Positions 27,401-40,196 are shown, counted from the first letter of the stretch. The stretch is DNA of 64,000 bases from Eledone cirrhosa (GCA_964016885.1 OZ024745.1:24738001-24802000); one strand, 5' to 3'. The notes: generated from the sequence alone by a model not told the origin. A program made the numbers and translations.

Positions 27401-28520
27401 TGTGTGATAATCAAAAACTCACACCAAGGGATGTCGCTCAGCAGTATCGCAGGGAATCCATGGATGAAAAACTGCATGCCTATCAGCAAAAAATCATGCA
27501 TGGATATGTTGCCAGGAAGCTCCAGAGTGAGAGTAATATAGATAAGGAAAGTAATCTATCTTGGACCAACAACCGCTATATTGGCTCCCACTTTGAAGGA
27601 TACGCTTTTGCAATCCAGGAACAGGAGATTAACACGAAATACCTGATTCACAAAAGAGATAGGGATGCAGGCAAAACACCTAGATGTTATAACAAGTGCA
27701 GACTCTGCAGAACTAATATCGAGGATATCACCCATGTCATTACCAGCTGTCCAAAGATGTCAGCGCGGTACTATCTACCTATGAGGCATGATATAGTGGC
27801 CAAAACACTGTACACTGCAGTTCGTAAAAAAGATAGCCCCGATAATAAACACATTAAAAGCTACAACAATGTGGAAGACATCCATGTAGATAATATGAAA
27901 GAGTACTGGTGGAATGTTCCAATAAAAACCCCAATAAAATGCAGGCATAACAGACCAGATGTTATGATATGGGACAGGTAGAAGAAAACATGTACAGTAG
28001 TGGAAATTAACTGCCCAGCAGATGCCAATATAATATCAAAGATTAGTGAAAAGGAGAATATTTATACAGAACTGATGAGAATTCTGCAGATACTCCACCC
28101 TTATTACACCTTCAAATTTATGCCTGTGATTATTGGGGCACTGGGATATGTTAGTAACTGCCTCAACACAAATCTTGAGAAGCTAGGCTTCACGGGAACA
28201 GAAAGAACACAACTAGTTAGGAAATTACAAGTACAATCCATTAATGGAACAGTACAAATATGTAAAACATTCCAAAAATGTTGCATCTAATAACTGCATA
28301 TACACATGTACAGATACAGAGCATATACACATGCATGCATACAACTCAAAACATACACATTCACACATACAATAACATCCATATCTACACATGCATGCAT
28401 ACATACATATCTACCTAGTTGATGTTGTGTAAATTCCAATGAGAGAGTCTTGTGTCTATTTTAGAAACCGACTCTCTCTCTCTATTGGTAAAACTTTGTG
28501 AAATTATAAAACCAGAAGAA
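24486..28520 (+). mobile_element. R4/Dong-type (RLE-bearing) non-LTR retrotransposon, near full length, decayed
   Basis: Continuous coding remnants from ~24600 to 28290, 3' UTR with terminal hairpin (gagagagtc/gactctctc), (CATA)n on both sides. Confidence 0.85.
25574..28290 (+). pseudogene. RT + CCHC + restriction-like endonuclease ORF with frameshifts and stops
   Basis: KTPGRD, NYRPIAC, WLDCRKAFDSVPHSW, GIFQGDNLS, FFVDDLK, YRYLG, GGRGL, CRLC...HVITSC, RHD, RPD, EINCP motifs across ORFs 25574, 26320, 27373, 28000. Confidence 0.9.
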
Positions 28521-28547
28521 CATACATACATGCATAAATACATACAT

Positions 28548-29535
28548 ATTTTCAACAGACATCAAAATGAAATTTGGTGAGTCCAAGTGTGCATATTTGG
28601 CAGTAAAACGTGGAAGAGCTGTGCCCTCCTCTAGAAATCTAGAGATGAACGGCCTGACAATACAACCTCTACAGTCCGGTGACAACTACAGATATCTTGG
28701 ACAGGATGAGAATGTCAGATATGATGGACCCATAAATAAGCAGAGAACCAGAACTGAATACCTCAGAAGAGTAAAGAAAATATGGTCATCAGAACTGTCA
28801 GCATACAACAAATACATTGCCCACAATACCTATGCTGTGCCAATTCTAACGCCAATATTTGGCCTGCTGAACTGGTCATTGCAAGAACTAAGTGAGATGG
28901 ATGTTAGAACTCGCAAACTTCTCAGTGTTACTGGGAACTTTAACATCAATGGTGATGTGGATGGACTATACTTCTCATGCAATGAAGATCGCCGGAGTCT
29001 AAAATCCATATTAACATCATATGAGACCCGGATAGTAACACTGAAGCAACACCTTCAACAGAGCAAAAAGGTTGGCAACCATCTTGCCCAGGTTTATGAG
29101 CATGAAAAAAAATATATCATTAGATCTGGAGGAGAGATATGGAATAAAGCCTGATATAAATCTCTCACCCAGAGAAATCGGAAGATCCTATTCAATGTTC
29201 AAACAAGATGAAAAGATTGACCAATTTACAGAAAAAGTTGTGCATGGATACTTGAGACGTAAAACACAGACCATAGAGGGGATAAACCACTCAAAAAGCC
29301 TGGCATGGAGTTCCGACAAGTTTATGACATCACACCTTGAGGGATATCTCTATGCAATACAGGAACAAGAACTCCCTACCAAATATCTGCTGCACAAAAG
29401 GGGAGGGCCATCAGCTGACAATAAATGTGCAAAACATTCTTGCGATTCAATGGATGAAATTTCTTTTCTTTTACAACCTTGCCACCAGGTAGGTGGCCGG
29501 TGAAAAAAATATACTCGAAATTAAGAGAAAGAGAT
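28548..29535 (+). pseudogene. Second R4/Dong-like fragment (thumb region), internally deleted
   Basis: MKFGESKC, YRYLG, IWSSELSAYNK, EGYLYAIQEQE; jumps from DNKC directly to the terminal KTFLRF-coding sequence. Confidence 0.85.
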
Positions 29536-30819
29536 AACATACGTACATATATACATACTTACATGCATAGATACACATACATACATACATGCATAAATAC
29601 ATAAATACGTACATAAATACATGCATAGATACACACACATACATACATGCATAAATACATACATACATACATACATACATACATGCATACATGCATGCAT
29701 ACATACATACATACATACATACATACATACATACATACATACATACATACATACATACATACATACATACATACATACATACATACATAGAAAACAAGGC
29801 AGAGATACCAATAAGACATTATTTTAATAAACCGAAGAAATAATAACTGATCATCAAATGAGGAGAGGAAAGATTTAATTAAAAACGTCTCTGCTCTGTT
29901 TACAATGTGTTTACTTTAAATTACAAATTACTAATTTTAACATTTCTAGAAATGAGAGACTTTAGCATAATTTATTGAACTTATCTTGAAGGCGGTATGA
30001 CAGATTGGACATGTTATTGGGCTGTCTACTGATGCATCATGAGTTCACATCTTTGTGTGTGTGTGTGTGTGTATGTGTGTGTGTGTGTGTGCGTTAATGT
30101 GCGTGTGTGAATGTGTGTTCGTGAATGTGTGTGTGTATGTGTGTGCGTGCATGTGCGCGTGTGTGTCTGTGTCTCTGTCTCTCTTTCTTTCTCTCTCTCT
30201 ATATATATATATATATACATATATATCTGTTAGACACGCAGTGACTAACAACAGAATGTTTTAAGTCTGCATGTCTGACATATATGCGTAGCTTGTGAAT
30301 AAAAAATTCAAGGGGTTTCGCTGGCCGTAGTGATCCCTGCCAAACATCTTTTGTAATGTATCGTCTTATTAGCTAATTTCATCGTCTTATTGGCTAATCA
30401 ACCAATGAGAGTAATTGTTGCTCAAAAGCACCCACCATTTTGTTTGCACGTTTATTTATCGTTTCGCTTTCGAATCTTCCTCCTGTATTTCGTCGTTTAT
30501 CATCAAAATATTTTTCTCGTTTTGGTAAGTTATATTGTTAATTTATATATGATTTTTTAAATTTATATTAACTATTTTTTTTTAGTTCGTTATAACATGC
30601 TTATAATATTGGTTGTATCACATTTACTTGTATATTTGTCCATATTATTGTTCGTTTTATGTTAGATTTTTTTATTATTATGTTTTTATTATTTGTATGT
30701 AATATTTAATTTTTATTAATTCAACTATAACAATTATTATGTAAAATATATTTATTTAATATTGATTGTTTTTTGTAGTTTTTTATATTAAAAGTCTGAA
30801 AATATTTATATACATCTTA

Positions 30820-30916
30820 CAATAATTGTTTCTACTTTTGGCACAAGGCCAGCAATTACCCAGTGCATTACTGGTACTTTATTTTATCGACCCCGTAAGG
30901 ATGAAAGGCAAAGTTA
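30820..30916 (-). mobile_element. SINE 3' fragment
   Basis: Matches 3' half of the SINE family. Confidence 0.8.
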
Positions 30917-31029
30917 TCATTTATAAAATAACAATTATATAATATAATTACATTACAACGATAATTTATTATTAATATATATCATGTTTAACTAGAGTTA
31001 TTACAAGCGTTGCCTTAAAAAAATATTAA

Positions 31030-31473
31030 ACTAGACCTGAAAAATGCGCAAGCTCAAAATAGCCACAGAATGTTATAATAAACCTTCAAAAGTGTGGGGC
31101 TAGAGTTATTGCTCAAAAATATTGTAATCATTATCTATCGTACACTCTGTGGCATCCTTTTATAAAAAAGAGACTCATAACGAACTCAAGACGACACGAT
31201 AATTATTTAAGTGAATTTATAATATAGAATTCGGTTTAAGTGCATTTCGTATTAATCATTACTAAACATCTAATATGAGATATTGAACATTAGCTTAAAT
31301 AATTATCGTGTCGTCTTGAGTTCGTTATGAGTCTCTTTTTTAAAAAAGAATGCCACAGAGTGTAAAATAAATAATGATTACAATATTTTTGAGCAACAAC
31401 TCTAGTCCCACACTTTTGAAGGTTTATTATAACATGCTGTGGCTATTTTGAGCTTGCGCATTTTTCAGGTCTA

Positions 31474-31475
<2 letters not shown>
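31030..31475. repeat. ~180-bp inverted repeat with 82-nt spacer (fold-back/MITE-like)
   Basis: 31030-31211 is the reverse complement of 31294-31475 with scattered mismatches; termini ACTAG...CTAGT, right end at (TA)n. Confidence 0.9.
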
Positions 31476-31521
<46 letters not shown>

Positions 31522-31523
<2 letters not shown>

Positions 31524-31960
31524 TAGCAAGAAGTACGGAATACCTCCGCCTGCGGATGGTGTCTACATTTTGTGCTTATAAAAAGATTCGTCGTAGATTA
31601 CCAGGGGTTTAACTTAATTGGGTGCCTGAGAGTAAAATGTTCAACCCACGAAAGCCAAGACGATAGGGTTAAGTAAAAAGGCATTCGACAAACCGAACAT
31701 GTATTTGTTGTGCTATGGTACAATGAAAGCAATAGTTACAGAACAGTAAGAATGTGGGACTGCAGTGGTGGAGAGCATGAAGGAATTTAGTCGGATACTT
31801 TTAAGGTTACAGGCCCTAACGCAACCAAAATGCTAAACAGTGCGGTCCACGGGCAAAAATTTGAAATCTTTTTCAGTCAAGAAAATTTGTGAAACATAAG
31901 TAGTGCATATGCAAAGTTTTAAAAAATCGGTTGGTTACTTCTCGAGTTACAGGCCCTAAC
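31522..31960 (-). mobile_element. Non-autonomous Helitron-like element, interrupted by a PLE fragment
   Basis: ACTAG start plus hairpin ccgc-ct-gcgg; distal aaagttttaaaaaatcggttggttacttctcgagtt matches 49822-49859. Confidence 0.55.
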
Positions 31961-31963
31961 AAC

Positions 31964-32824
31964 ATGGTCAAAAACATCTCCCTCCGCATATCCCGTTTGT
32001 CAGCTAATGAGCGGATATTCGATGAACATGCGCCTTATTACAACCAGGCCCTCAAGCGGAGTGGTTTCCGGGAGGAAATATCCTACTGTCCAGCTCCCAT
32101 TAGCGGAACCAGCAGGAGACACCGCCGCTCACGCAATGTAACATGGATCAATCCTCCCCACAACGCAGAGGTGACAACTCCCATCGGGAAACTATTCTTT
32201 AGGCTCATTGAAAAACACTTCCCATTACAACACCGCTACCACAACATAATTAACAAAAATACCATCAAACTCTCTTACAGCACTACACCAAACTTCGCAC
32301 AAAACATCGTCTCCTCTAACAACAAAAAACTCAACCCCGATGGCAGAAATAACCTAAATAGCAGTGGAGAACCGACCAGGAGGTGTAACTGCCCGGATAG
32401 ATCTATTTGCCCACTCGACAATAGATGCAGAGACCGTAATGTGATCTACCAGTGCAACGTGAGGACGGATACCTCCAACAAAGCCTATATAGGACTTACC
32501 GCATGTGACTTCAAGACCCGGCTATACCAACATAGAAATACCTTCCGAAACCCGGCCCGGCGTCACGCCACTACACTTTCGGGCCACATATGGGACCTCA
32601 AGGACAACAACATCACCTATGATCTCACTTGGAGATTACTGTCCAGAGCCAATTCTTACACGGGAGGACGCCGTCCGTGCAATTTATGCTCGGAGGAAAC
32701 TTTACAAATGCTGTTTTCGACGGACCAACTCCTAAACAAGAAAGATGAACTGGTTACTGCATGTAAACATAGATTGCGTAGGACTTACCTCGCCCTCAAA
32801 CCCCATAATGACCCGGGGGGGTAG
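31964..32824 (+). pseudogene. PLE C-terminal region: RT thumb, Cys linker and GIY-YIG endonuclease
   Basis: YNQALKRSGF, WINPPHN, TIKLSYS, CNC...CPLDNRC, NVIYQC...YIGLT...FKTRLYQH, LSGHIW, CNLCSEE. Confidence 0.9.
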
Positions 32825-33950
32825 ACTAGGGCTATAACACCCCACTTGCCGATTTTGCAATGGGTAACCCCTGCTTGCCAAGGGAGACGTAAGATCTTCT
32901 TTGTATTCTTTTATCGCTTCCTTTATTTCCTTCCTTCCCCCTCTCTCCTTAGTCCTTCTACCCCAGCTCTTCTCCTTTGTCGGCGTCTTTTCTCGCCCAC
33001 CCGAGGCTGCCCTTTGGCCCCTTGTAGCCTTAGTACCCCCACCCCCTCCCCTAGTCTAGGATAGATTTGGCGGACTCCGCCCTTTATAGCAGTTGGTTTA
33101 GACCCCGGATACTTGTCCCCTTTTTCCGACCGCTCCCACTATTCTCTGTGCCCTCTATATTTCTTAGTGGCACTTATGCCTTATTTTTTCGTTTCAGTAT
33201 TTCTTTCTTCGCTTTTCTTTTGGGCGGGGTGGATTCTGAATTTATTTTTCCGTATTCTACCTTTACTTCGTACGAACTTTCATGTAGCTTGTTTTAGATC
33301 TTTTAGAGTTAGCATTAGTATATATTTTTCTCGGGACTCAGAATTATTATCTCGTATTAGTTCACTTTGCTGCACTGGGTGGTTGCTGGAATTGTGCCCG
33401 GGATGGAAACCTTTATTGTTTATTTCGTGGTAGTCTCTTTAGTATTTTGGCCCCTTTTGTTGACCCGTCACCGTATCATGTACGTACTTATACCTCTTAA
33501 AAGGGTCCTCGCCTATACCGTCCCACCTAGTTCTTTTACTTATTTCGTTATTTCTTTATTTCTTTCTTTACTTCTTTCTTTCTTTATTTATTTATAACAA
33601 TAGCTAGAGACCTAGGTCGTAGAATTTAATTTACTTTACTTTTTTCTTTACACTCATTTGTTTTTCTTTACACTTATTTGCTTTTCTTCACTCTCAGTAT
33701 TTTTTCTTTCCTATATATTTCTACCCCCCATTGTTCTACCTACCGTTCCGACTTCCTCCCCCTCCCCCTCCCCTGTATCTTCTTTGACCTCATGCCCAGC
33801 TGTAGCTGGCACTACAAACGCTTGATTGGGTCTACTCCACCCCCTCCCCTCTTTCTCCTACTGGCAGGTTTAGCCACCATCTCCCCTACTAATTTGCAAC
33901 CACAGAATTACTACTGATTTTTGACAATCACTTTGACCATATATGGAATT

Positions 33951-34044
33951 ACCCCTTGAGAAGATCGGCTATTTAAATACCAGGATAAATTTTCATTTAG
34001 TCCAGAATTAGCCGTCGAAACGGCTTGAGCTCAGCTGTCGGGGT
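33951..34044 (+). ncRNA. Type I hammerhead-like ribozyme (variant core)
   Basis: Stem I acccc/ggggt, core ttgagaaga (non-canonical), stem II cggcta/tagccg, GAAA, stem III cggc/gctg, GTC site. Confidence 0.6.
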
Positions 34045-34135
34045 CTTACTGGTTCCTATTACCCACTCTACTACCTCAAGTATTGAGTACTTTGGTGCGT
34101 TATGGTCCACCTGGTTCCTTACCACATTTCCTTCG

Positions 34136-34182
<47 letters not shown>

Positions 34183-34185
<3 letters not shown>

Positions 34186-34689
34186 AGTATATGTTGGTTG
34201 TTTACCGACACCTCAGTATGCAGATTGGAGCACTCGACGAAGTGCGCAGGCTGTTTTGGTTACTCCGGAGTAATGTAAAATAAAATAAATAAGTCAAATA
34301 TTTAAAATTTGGCTTCGTTTATTAAAGGTGTATATATATTTCGGTGACAGCCATCTTTGGCTGTGACCTCTTCAGGCAGTCCGAATTGGTGTGGTAGAGA
34401 CAGGTACACATGTTGTTGAAGTGTTTAACTCCGTCAATACTCCGATAGGCCCAGTTCCTGGTTGGGTTGTTATTTCTCTGAGGAACAGAGAAATAACAAC
34501 CCAACCAGGAACTGGGCCTATCGGAGTATTGACGGAGTTAAACACTTCAACAACATGTGTACCTGTCTCTACCACACCAATTCGGACTGCCTGAAGAGGT
34601 CACAGCCAAAGATGGCTGTCACCGAAATATATATAGCAGTACACCTTTAATAAACGAAGCCAAATTTTAAATATTTGACTTATTTATTT

Positions 34690-34693
<4 letters not shown>
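34183..34693. mobile_element. Fold-back pLTR-like insertion (IR 34281-34480 / 34486-34693)
   Basis: ~200-bp arms, 5-nt spacer, both outer ends at (TA)n, hammerhead in the arms. Confidence 0.88.
34586..34640 (+). ncRNA. Minimal type I hammerhead ribozyme
   Basis: actgc-CTGAAGA-ggtcacagcca(aaga)tggctgtcacc-GAAA-tatata-TA-gcagt: complete core, paired stems I and II, palindromic loop III. Confidence 0.9.
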
Positions 34694-34745
<52 letters not shown>

Positions 34746-34749
<4 letters not shown>

Positions 34750-34938
34750 ATTGTTTCTACCTTTGGCACAAGGCCAGCAATTACCCAGTACGTTACTGGC
34801 ACTTTATTTCATCGACCCCGTAAGGATGAAAGCCAAGGTTAAGCTCGGCGGGATTTGAACTCAGAATGGCAAGGGCCATAACTCCATGCGTCAAAGCTTG
34901 GCGTCCGACCCTCTACCGATACTGCCAATCTACCGCCC
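34746..34938 (-). mobile_element. tRNA-derived SINE
   Basis: Full copy of the SINE family. Confidence 0.85.
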
Positions 34939-34998
34939 TAATATAAAATAATATGTGTAAGTGAAACATGTTAAAGTTGGCTTCGTTTATTCTAATTC

Positions 34999-35053
34999 GC
35001 TGCTATATACATTTCAGTGACAGCCATTATTGGCTGTGACCTCATCAGGCAGT
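34999..35053 (-). ncRNA. Minimal type I hammerhead ribozyme in a diverged copy (34975-35160) of the 34.3-kb family
   Basis: actgc-CTGATGA-ggtcacagcca(ataa)tggctgtcact-GAAA-tgtata-TA-gcagc; substitutions fall mostly in loops and the variable core position. Confidence 0.82.
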
Positions 35054-35214
35054 AAGAATTAAGGCAGGAAAAAACAGGAAAACATGATGTTGTAACGTGT
35101 TCTACCCTGTTAATTCATCGATATGTCCAGCCCCTGGGTGTGTTATTAGTCTTCAAAGGAACTGGAATCATAAACAACCAACACATACTCAATATATATA
35201 TATATATATATAGA

Positions 35215-36752
35215 TAAATTTCTTTATTAACCACAAGGGCACAAAAGAAGGGGACAAATACAAATGGGAGTTTACATACAGGTATATGAAAATAAAACTA
35301 TTAATACAATAACAAATAACAATTGAAATCCCCAATAGGGGAGGTGTTACACATGGGTTGTACACACCCCGAAAAAAATGTACAACCCTCATCTCCTGGA
35401 GCACCAAGAGTGAGTACTCCCTTCCTCTCTTCCTCCTTTTCCTCAACCTACAGGCTTATATAGAGAGAAGGCCCAACCACTCGGGCCATCTTTGCCACAT
35501 TCACCCACCTTTTATAAAATTTGCTGGGGTACAGCACCTCTCTCTCCGTCCTGATTCTTCTCCCAAAATGATATTTGAAAAAACGAATCAGTTGCTCGCC
35601 GGAGAGAAAGGTATCTGACCTCAGCCCTTTTAACATCGTCCACCATATAACCTCTTTCACCATAGCCAAAACACATAGGAAAACTGCCTCTCCCTCGTTT
35701 TTGAAGGAGGGCGGCGGTTTGATCATGACAATGGACTCGGTGGTCAACTGGATTGGTCCCACCCGCGATAATAGTAGTTCTACATAGCCCCACAGGTCGG
35801 TAACGCTCGGGCAGTGTACAAATGCGTGTGCGACGGTTTCCTCGTCGCGCACGCATCTCGGACAGATCTTTTTCGAAGGGTCCCTACCCGGGCGCCCGTG
35901 TCTGTAGAGCTTGTCTCGAACTGGTAGAGCTCCTCGGTAGCACTGCCAGGCCAGGGACTTTTGGAAGTTGTCCATTGGTCCCGAGCGGAAGGTCCTACCG
36001 AACAGACTGGCCAGTTCGTCCTCCTCTACGCCTAGAGTTTCTCCGAGCGTATCGTCGCACTTGCTGCGGACCAACCCTCTAAAGAATGTCGAAGTGGAGT
36101 CTCCACTGATCGCTGGGTCCGTTTGCCAGAGGACTGTGAGCGCCTGAGCACATTCGATGTGCCAGTCGCCCATTTTCCTCGGTCTTTGCTTGACCCAGGA
36201 CTACAGCTCGGTCAGCGAGAGGAGTCGTGGGAAGGCTCGCCTCACGACCGGCGCCCACACCGGTTGTCTGGTGAGGAATACGTGGAGGTGCCGCAGCTTG
36301 AGCGCGTGTTTGCGCATCGTCAGCTACGGCATCCCCAGCCCTTCGTTTGAAGGGTGTTGGCAGCAGATGGATCTTCTCACCAAAGGAGCCCGTTTCTTCA
36401 AAGGAATTGGAAGAGCGCGCGCTCTATTTTGGTGAGCGGTTTGGCTGGACAAGGCACGACAGTCAAGCGGTAGTAGATGATGGACGCTATATAAGTGTTC
36501 GCCACCTCCGCTCGACCTTTCATGTATAGTTTGCACTCGGCCCACTTCTGGGTGAGTGCAAACACCTTGGCCGTCACCTCGTTCCAGTTCTTCTCCACCT
36601 GGAGGTCAGGACCAAAGCAGACCCCGAGCAGCTTTACCGGTCCTTCCGTCCAGCGTCCGACGACGCATCGGAAGGCATCGGTTTGCCTCTCCACGTTCCG
36701 AGTTGCAAACCGACGGATTTGTCCCGGTTCAGCATCGCTCCTGTGAACCTTT
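35215..36752 (-). pseudogene. 3' fragment of a second Tx1-like element
   Basis: Homologous to 17870-19320 (VKLLGV, GRAEVAN, MDNFQKSLAWQCYRGALPVRDKL, CPRC...ETVAHAFVHC); stops and frameshifts; between (TA)n and (GATA)n. Confidence 0.9.
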
Positions 36753-36783
36753 CGTATAGATAGATAGATAGATAGATAGATAT

Positions 36784-36826
<43 letters not shown>

Positions 36827-36827
36827 T

Positions 36828-36914
<87 letters not shown>

Positions 36915-37309
36915 TAGCATAACAGTAGAAATATAAAACACATTGAACAATTTAAAAGTTATATTTTTCAACATGAACTTGTGTATATTTATATCACCAA
37001 CTGATACAAAGTAAACGCTGTTTTCCGCCATGCTTTGCATGTGGTGTATTTTGTTTTTCTTTCACTAGGCTCTACAGTCGTTATTATGTTTTGGAGTCAT
37101 CTATTTTAATTAACTTGACAAACATCAGTGTAATTCGATTTCCAAAAGTCATTTCAGCTTTTTTTCGGTTATATATTTTGATTTATTTGTTCGTTCGTTA
37201 GCTTTCTTCGAAATTCCTTTGGAAACGAATAAGATTCTTCATTTGTATTATTAATTAATGTTCTATATTGTATCAGTTGCTTTCACACTATGCCGTTATC
37301 CTTTCTATT

Positions 37310-37535
37310 TACGAGGTTTGGCTGAAATGTTCATAGGCTGACCAAGATACTCTCATGGAATGACCAAATGAGGTTGGTTTTTCTACATAGTCACTGGAAA
37401 GAAACAATGCAGTTTTAATAAGAAGAATTGAAATTAATGCATGCAAGATTTCACAGCCCTAACATCACTCATTCATAGGCTGACCGAGACACTCTCATGG
37501 AATACCCAAATGAGGTTGATTTTTCAATATAGTCA
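37310..37535. mobile_element. Mariner-like terminal sequence with internal duplication
   Basis: TA-CGAGGTTTGGCTGAAATGTTC resembles a mariner TIR; tcataggctgacc...ccaaatgaggttg block duplicated at 37331 and 37473; no partner TIR found. Confidence 0.45.
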
Positions 37536-37933
37536 TCGGGAAGAAACAATGCCCTCCCACATATATAACAACAACTTCAACGGAATGACACGTGGAAAAT
37601 AAATCAAGTTAAATACAGGAACTTTTTTATTGAATGCCTTTCACACTCGCAAGCTTTATGAGCGAAACTAACTAGAAAGAAACTGCATAGAAGCCGGCCG
37701 AACGGACTGTGTCTGTAATTGAAAGAACTAGCCATAGACTTCACTTTGTCGCCTTTATTTTTTATTTAAAGAAAAAATAAATTTATTCCATTTTTTTAGA
37801 AATAAACATAATTTGTTTTTACATTTCCCTTCCTCCTTATCCCCTTTCTTTCTACTGCCACCTCATTTTGTTACCCGGAGATTTATCGATCTGCATTGTA
37901 GAGGCTTCCAAAACGACCAGTTTACAGTTTATG

Positions 37934-37980
<47 letters not shown>

Positions 37981-37981
<1 letters not shown>

Positions 37982-38165
37982 CATCATCATCATCATCATT
38001 TTACGTCCGCTTTTCCCTGCTTGCAAGGGTGGGACGGGTCCTATTAAGCACGGCATCCATCTTTCCATTAGTCACGGTCCTTTGTCATCTCCTCCGTGAG
38101 CTTCAGTGATCTGAGGTCTGCTCGCACCACCTCCGCCCATGTTTTTCGTGGTCTTCCTTCTACTG
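37981..38165 (-). mobile_element. RTE-clade LINE 3' end
   Basis: Minus strand encodes GRPRKTWAEVVRADL...MTKDR, followed by short UTR and (GAT)n tail. Confidence 0.8.
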
Positions 38166-38532
38166 GGATTTCTTATATATATATATATAATGAATATGAA
38201 ATATCCAACAGAAATCAATCAATTGAAATCAATCAAAGAAAAGGAAAGTAGCATTTCAAAAGACTGAGAGGAAAATAAGGGAAAGAGCAAGAATTATTTG
38301 GCCTGGCATTAAATGTAGACGTAGCTTTTGAGTGATTAGTCACACTTGTAGGTAGTTTAGTGAATTTAACAACTGTAAAAATCATCATGAAAACCGACGA
38401 AGGATCCATTGACATTTTTCCACACGCACGCGCACTGTTGGACAAAATTCAACCAATATTTTTTCTTTCTGTGAATCATAACAAAACTCACTGACAGATA
38501 CACATAAACACATAAACACACGTGATCCTAAA

Positions 38533-38566
<34 letters not shown>

Positions 38567-39173
38567 AACCTGAATTTAAATGTGTATGAATGTGTAGGTA
38601 TATGTTTGTATGTCTACGTTGGAATGTATGCACGAACGTATGTATGTATTGATGTATGTATGCATGCATGCATATATACATATATGTGTGTATATATGTA
38701 CGTATGCATGCATGTATACATGTATACATGTCTGTATGAATGCATATATGTATGTGTTTGCATGATTTGCATACATCTTTTCAAACATCCGTATCTATAC
38801 ACATAGATATATAAATATATACACCAATGCAAAGACCTTTTCACACGAAAGTATCGATTCCGATTTTTAAATGCGTTCGACCTATCCTTATCTAAATGTT
38901 TATCGACCACCATCAAATGAGATGATAGCACGAACAACTATAAAAAATGTGCGTTTGTCTGTGTTGTGTGTGCAAGCAAGCTAGATAATGTGTGTGCATA
39001 TATATATATATATATATATACATACGCACGCACATATACACACACATACACACATTCATACATACACACACACATATGTATACATACGCACGCACATATA
39101 CACACACATACACACATTCATACATACACACACACACACATATATGTATACATACGCACGCATACACACACAC

Positions 39174-39221
<48 letters not shown>

Positions 39222-39339
39222 GTATATAGTACCTATGAATATATATCTATATAGATGTTTGTATATATGGATATATATGCGTATATATATACACACACAC
39301 ATATATATACATGTGTGTGTGTGTATGTGTATATATACG

Positions 39340-39420
<81 letters not shown>

Positions 39421-39706
39421 ATGTATATATATACACATATGTATGTATATATATATATATTTGTATGTATATATATATATATATATATTTAGATATAGAT
39501 ATAGATATATGTTTATACATAATATATATATAGTATACGTATATGAGGGTGTATGTGTGTGTGTATGTATGTGTGAAAATGATACGTATGCTTGCGTGTG
39601 TACGTTTTAAATAAGTTTACTAATGATCCCGCTATTGCATGAATGTATTTCAGAATGTATCCATATATATGGGTCTATCTGCACATGTACACACACACAC
39701 ACACAC

Positions 39707-39835
<129 letters not shown>

Positions 39836-40196
39836 TATAGATATAGGTTCGTATGTTTGGATGTCTGTGTGAATTTGTACATATGCATGGGAGTATTTGA
39901 GTGTGTTAGTGAGTGTGTGTGTGTTAGTGTGTGTGTGAGTGGGTGTGTAAACACGTAAAAAGAAAGAGGTGGTAGCGGGGAGGTTAAAGTTTACACCATG
40001 CTGTGAAATTTGATAGAATGTTTCCTCGGCGTGACACGAAAATCTCTCCAACACCACAAGTACGTACTGAACACGCACCAACAGGCACCAAGGACAACAA
40101 CACACATCCATGTTCAACATACGCACACCGTCACACAAGCACACACGCACACACGCACACAATCACACACCCACACACATGCATGTATTTACGTAT

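Larger units (their letters stand above)
31961..34138 (+). mobile_element. 5'-truncated Penelope-like element (family 2) with ~1.3 kb 3' non-coding region
   Basis: RT thumb + GIY-YIG coding remnant, hammerhead-like motif near the end, 3' end at (TA)n; end sequence recurs at 43146-43263. Confidence 0.85.

Noticed and set aside
28436-28488. Ribozyme at the R4-like element 3' end
   Set aside because: Contains GAAA but no CTGANGA core; better read as a simple 3' UTR stem-loop
34322-34650. Mirror-image 60-67 aa ORFs on both strands
   Set aside because: By-product of the inverted repeat; no protein motif
36945-37040. Possible host first exon MAENSVYFVSVG on minus strand
   Set aside because: No convincing splice donor, no recognisable homology, and the ORF runs into (TATC)n
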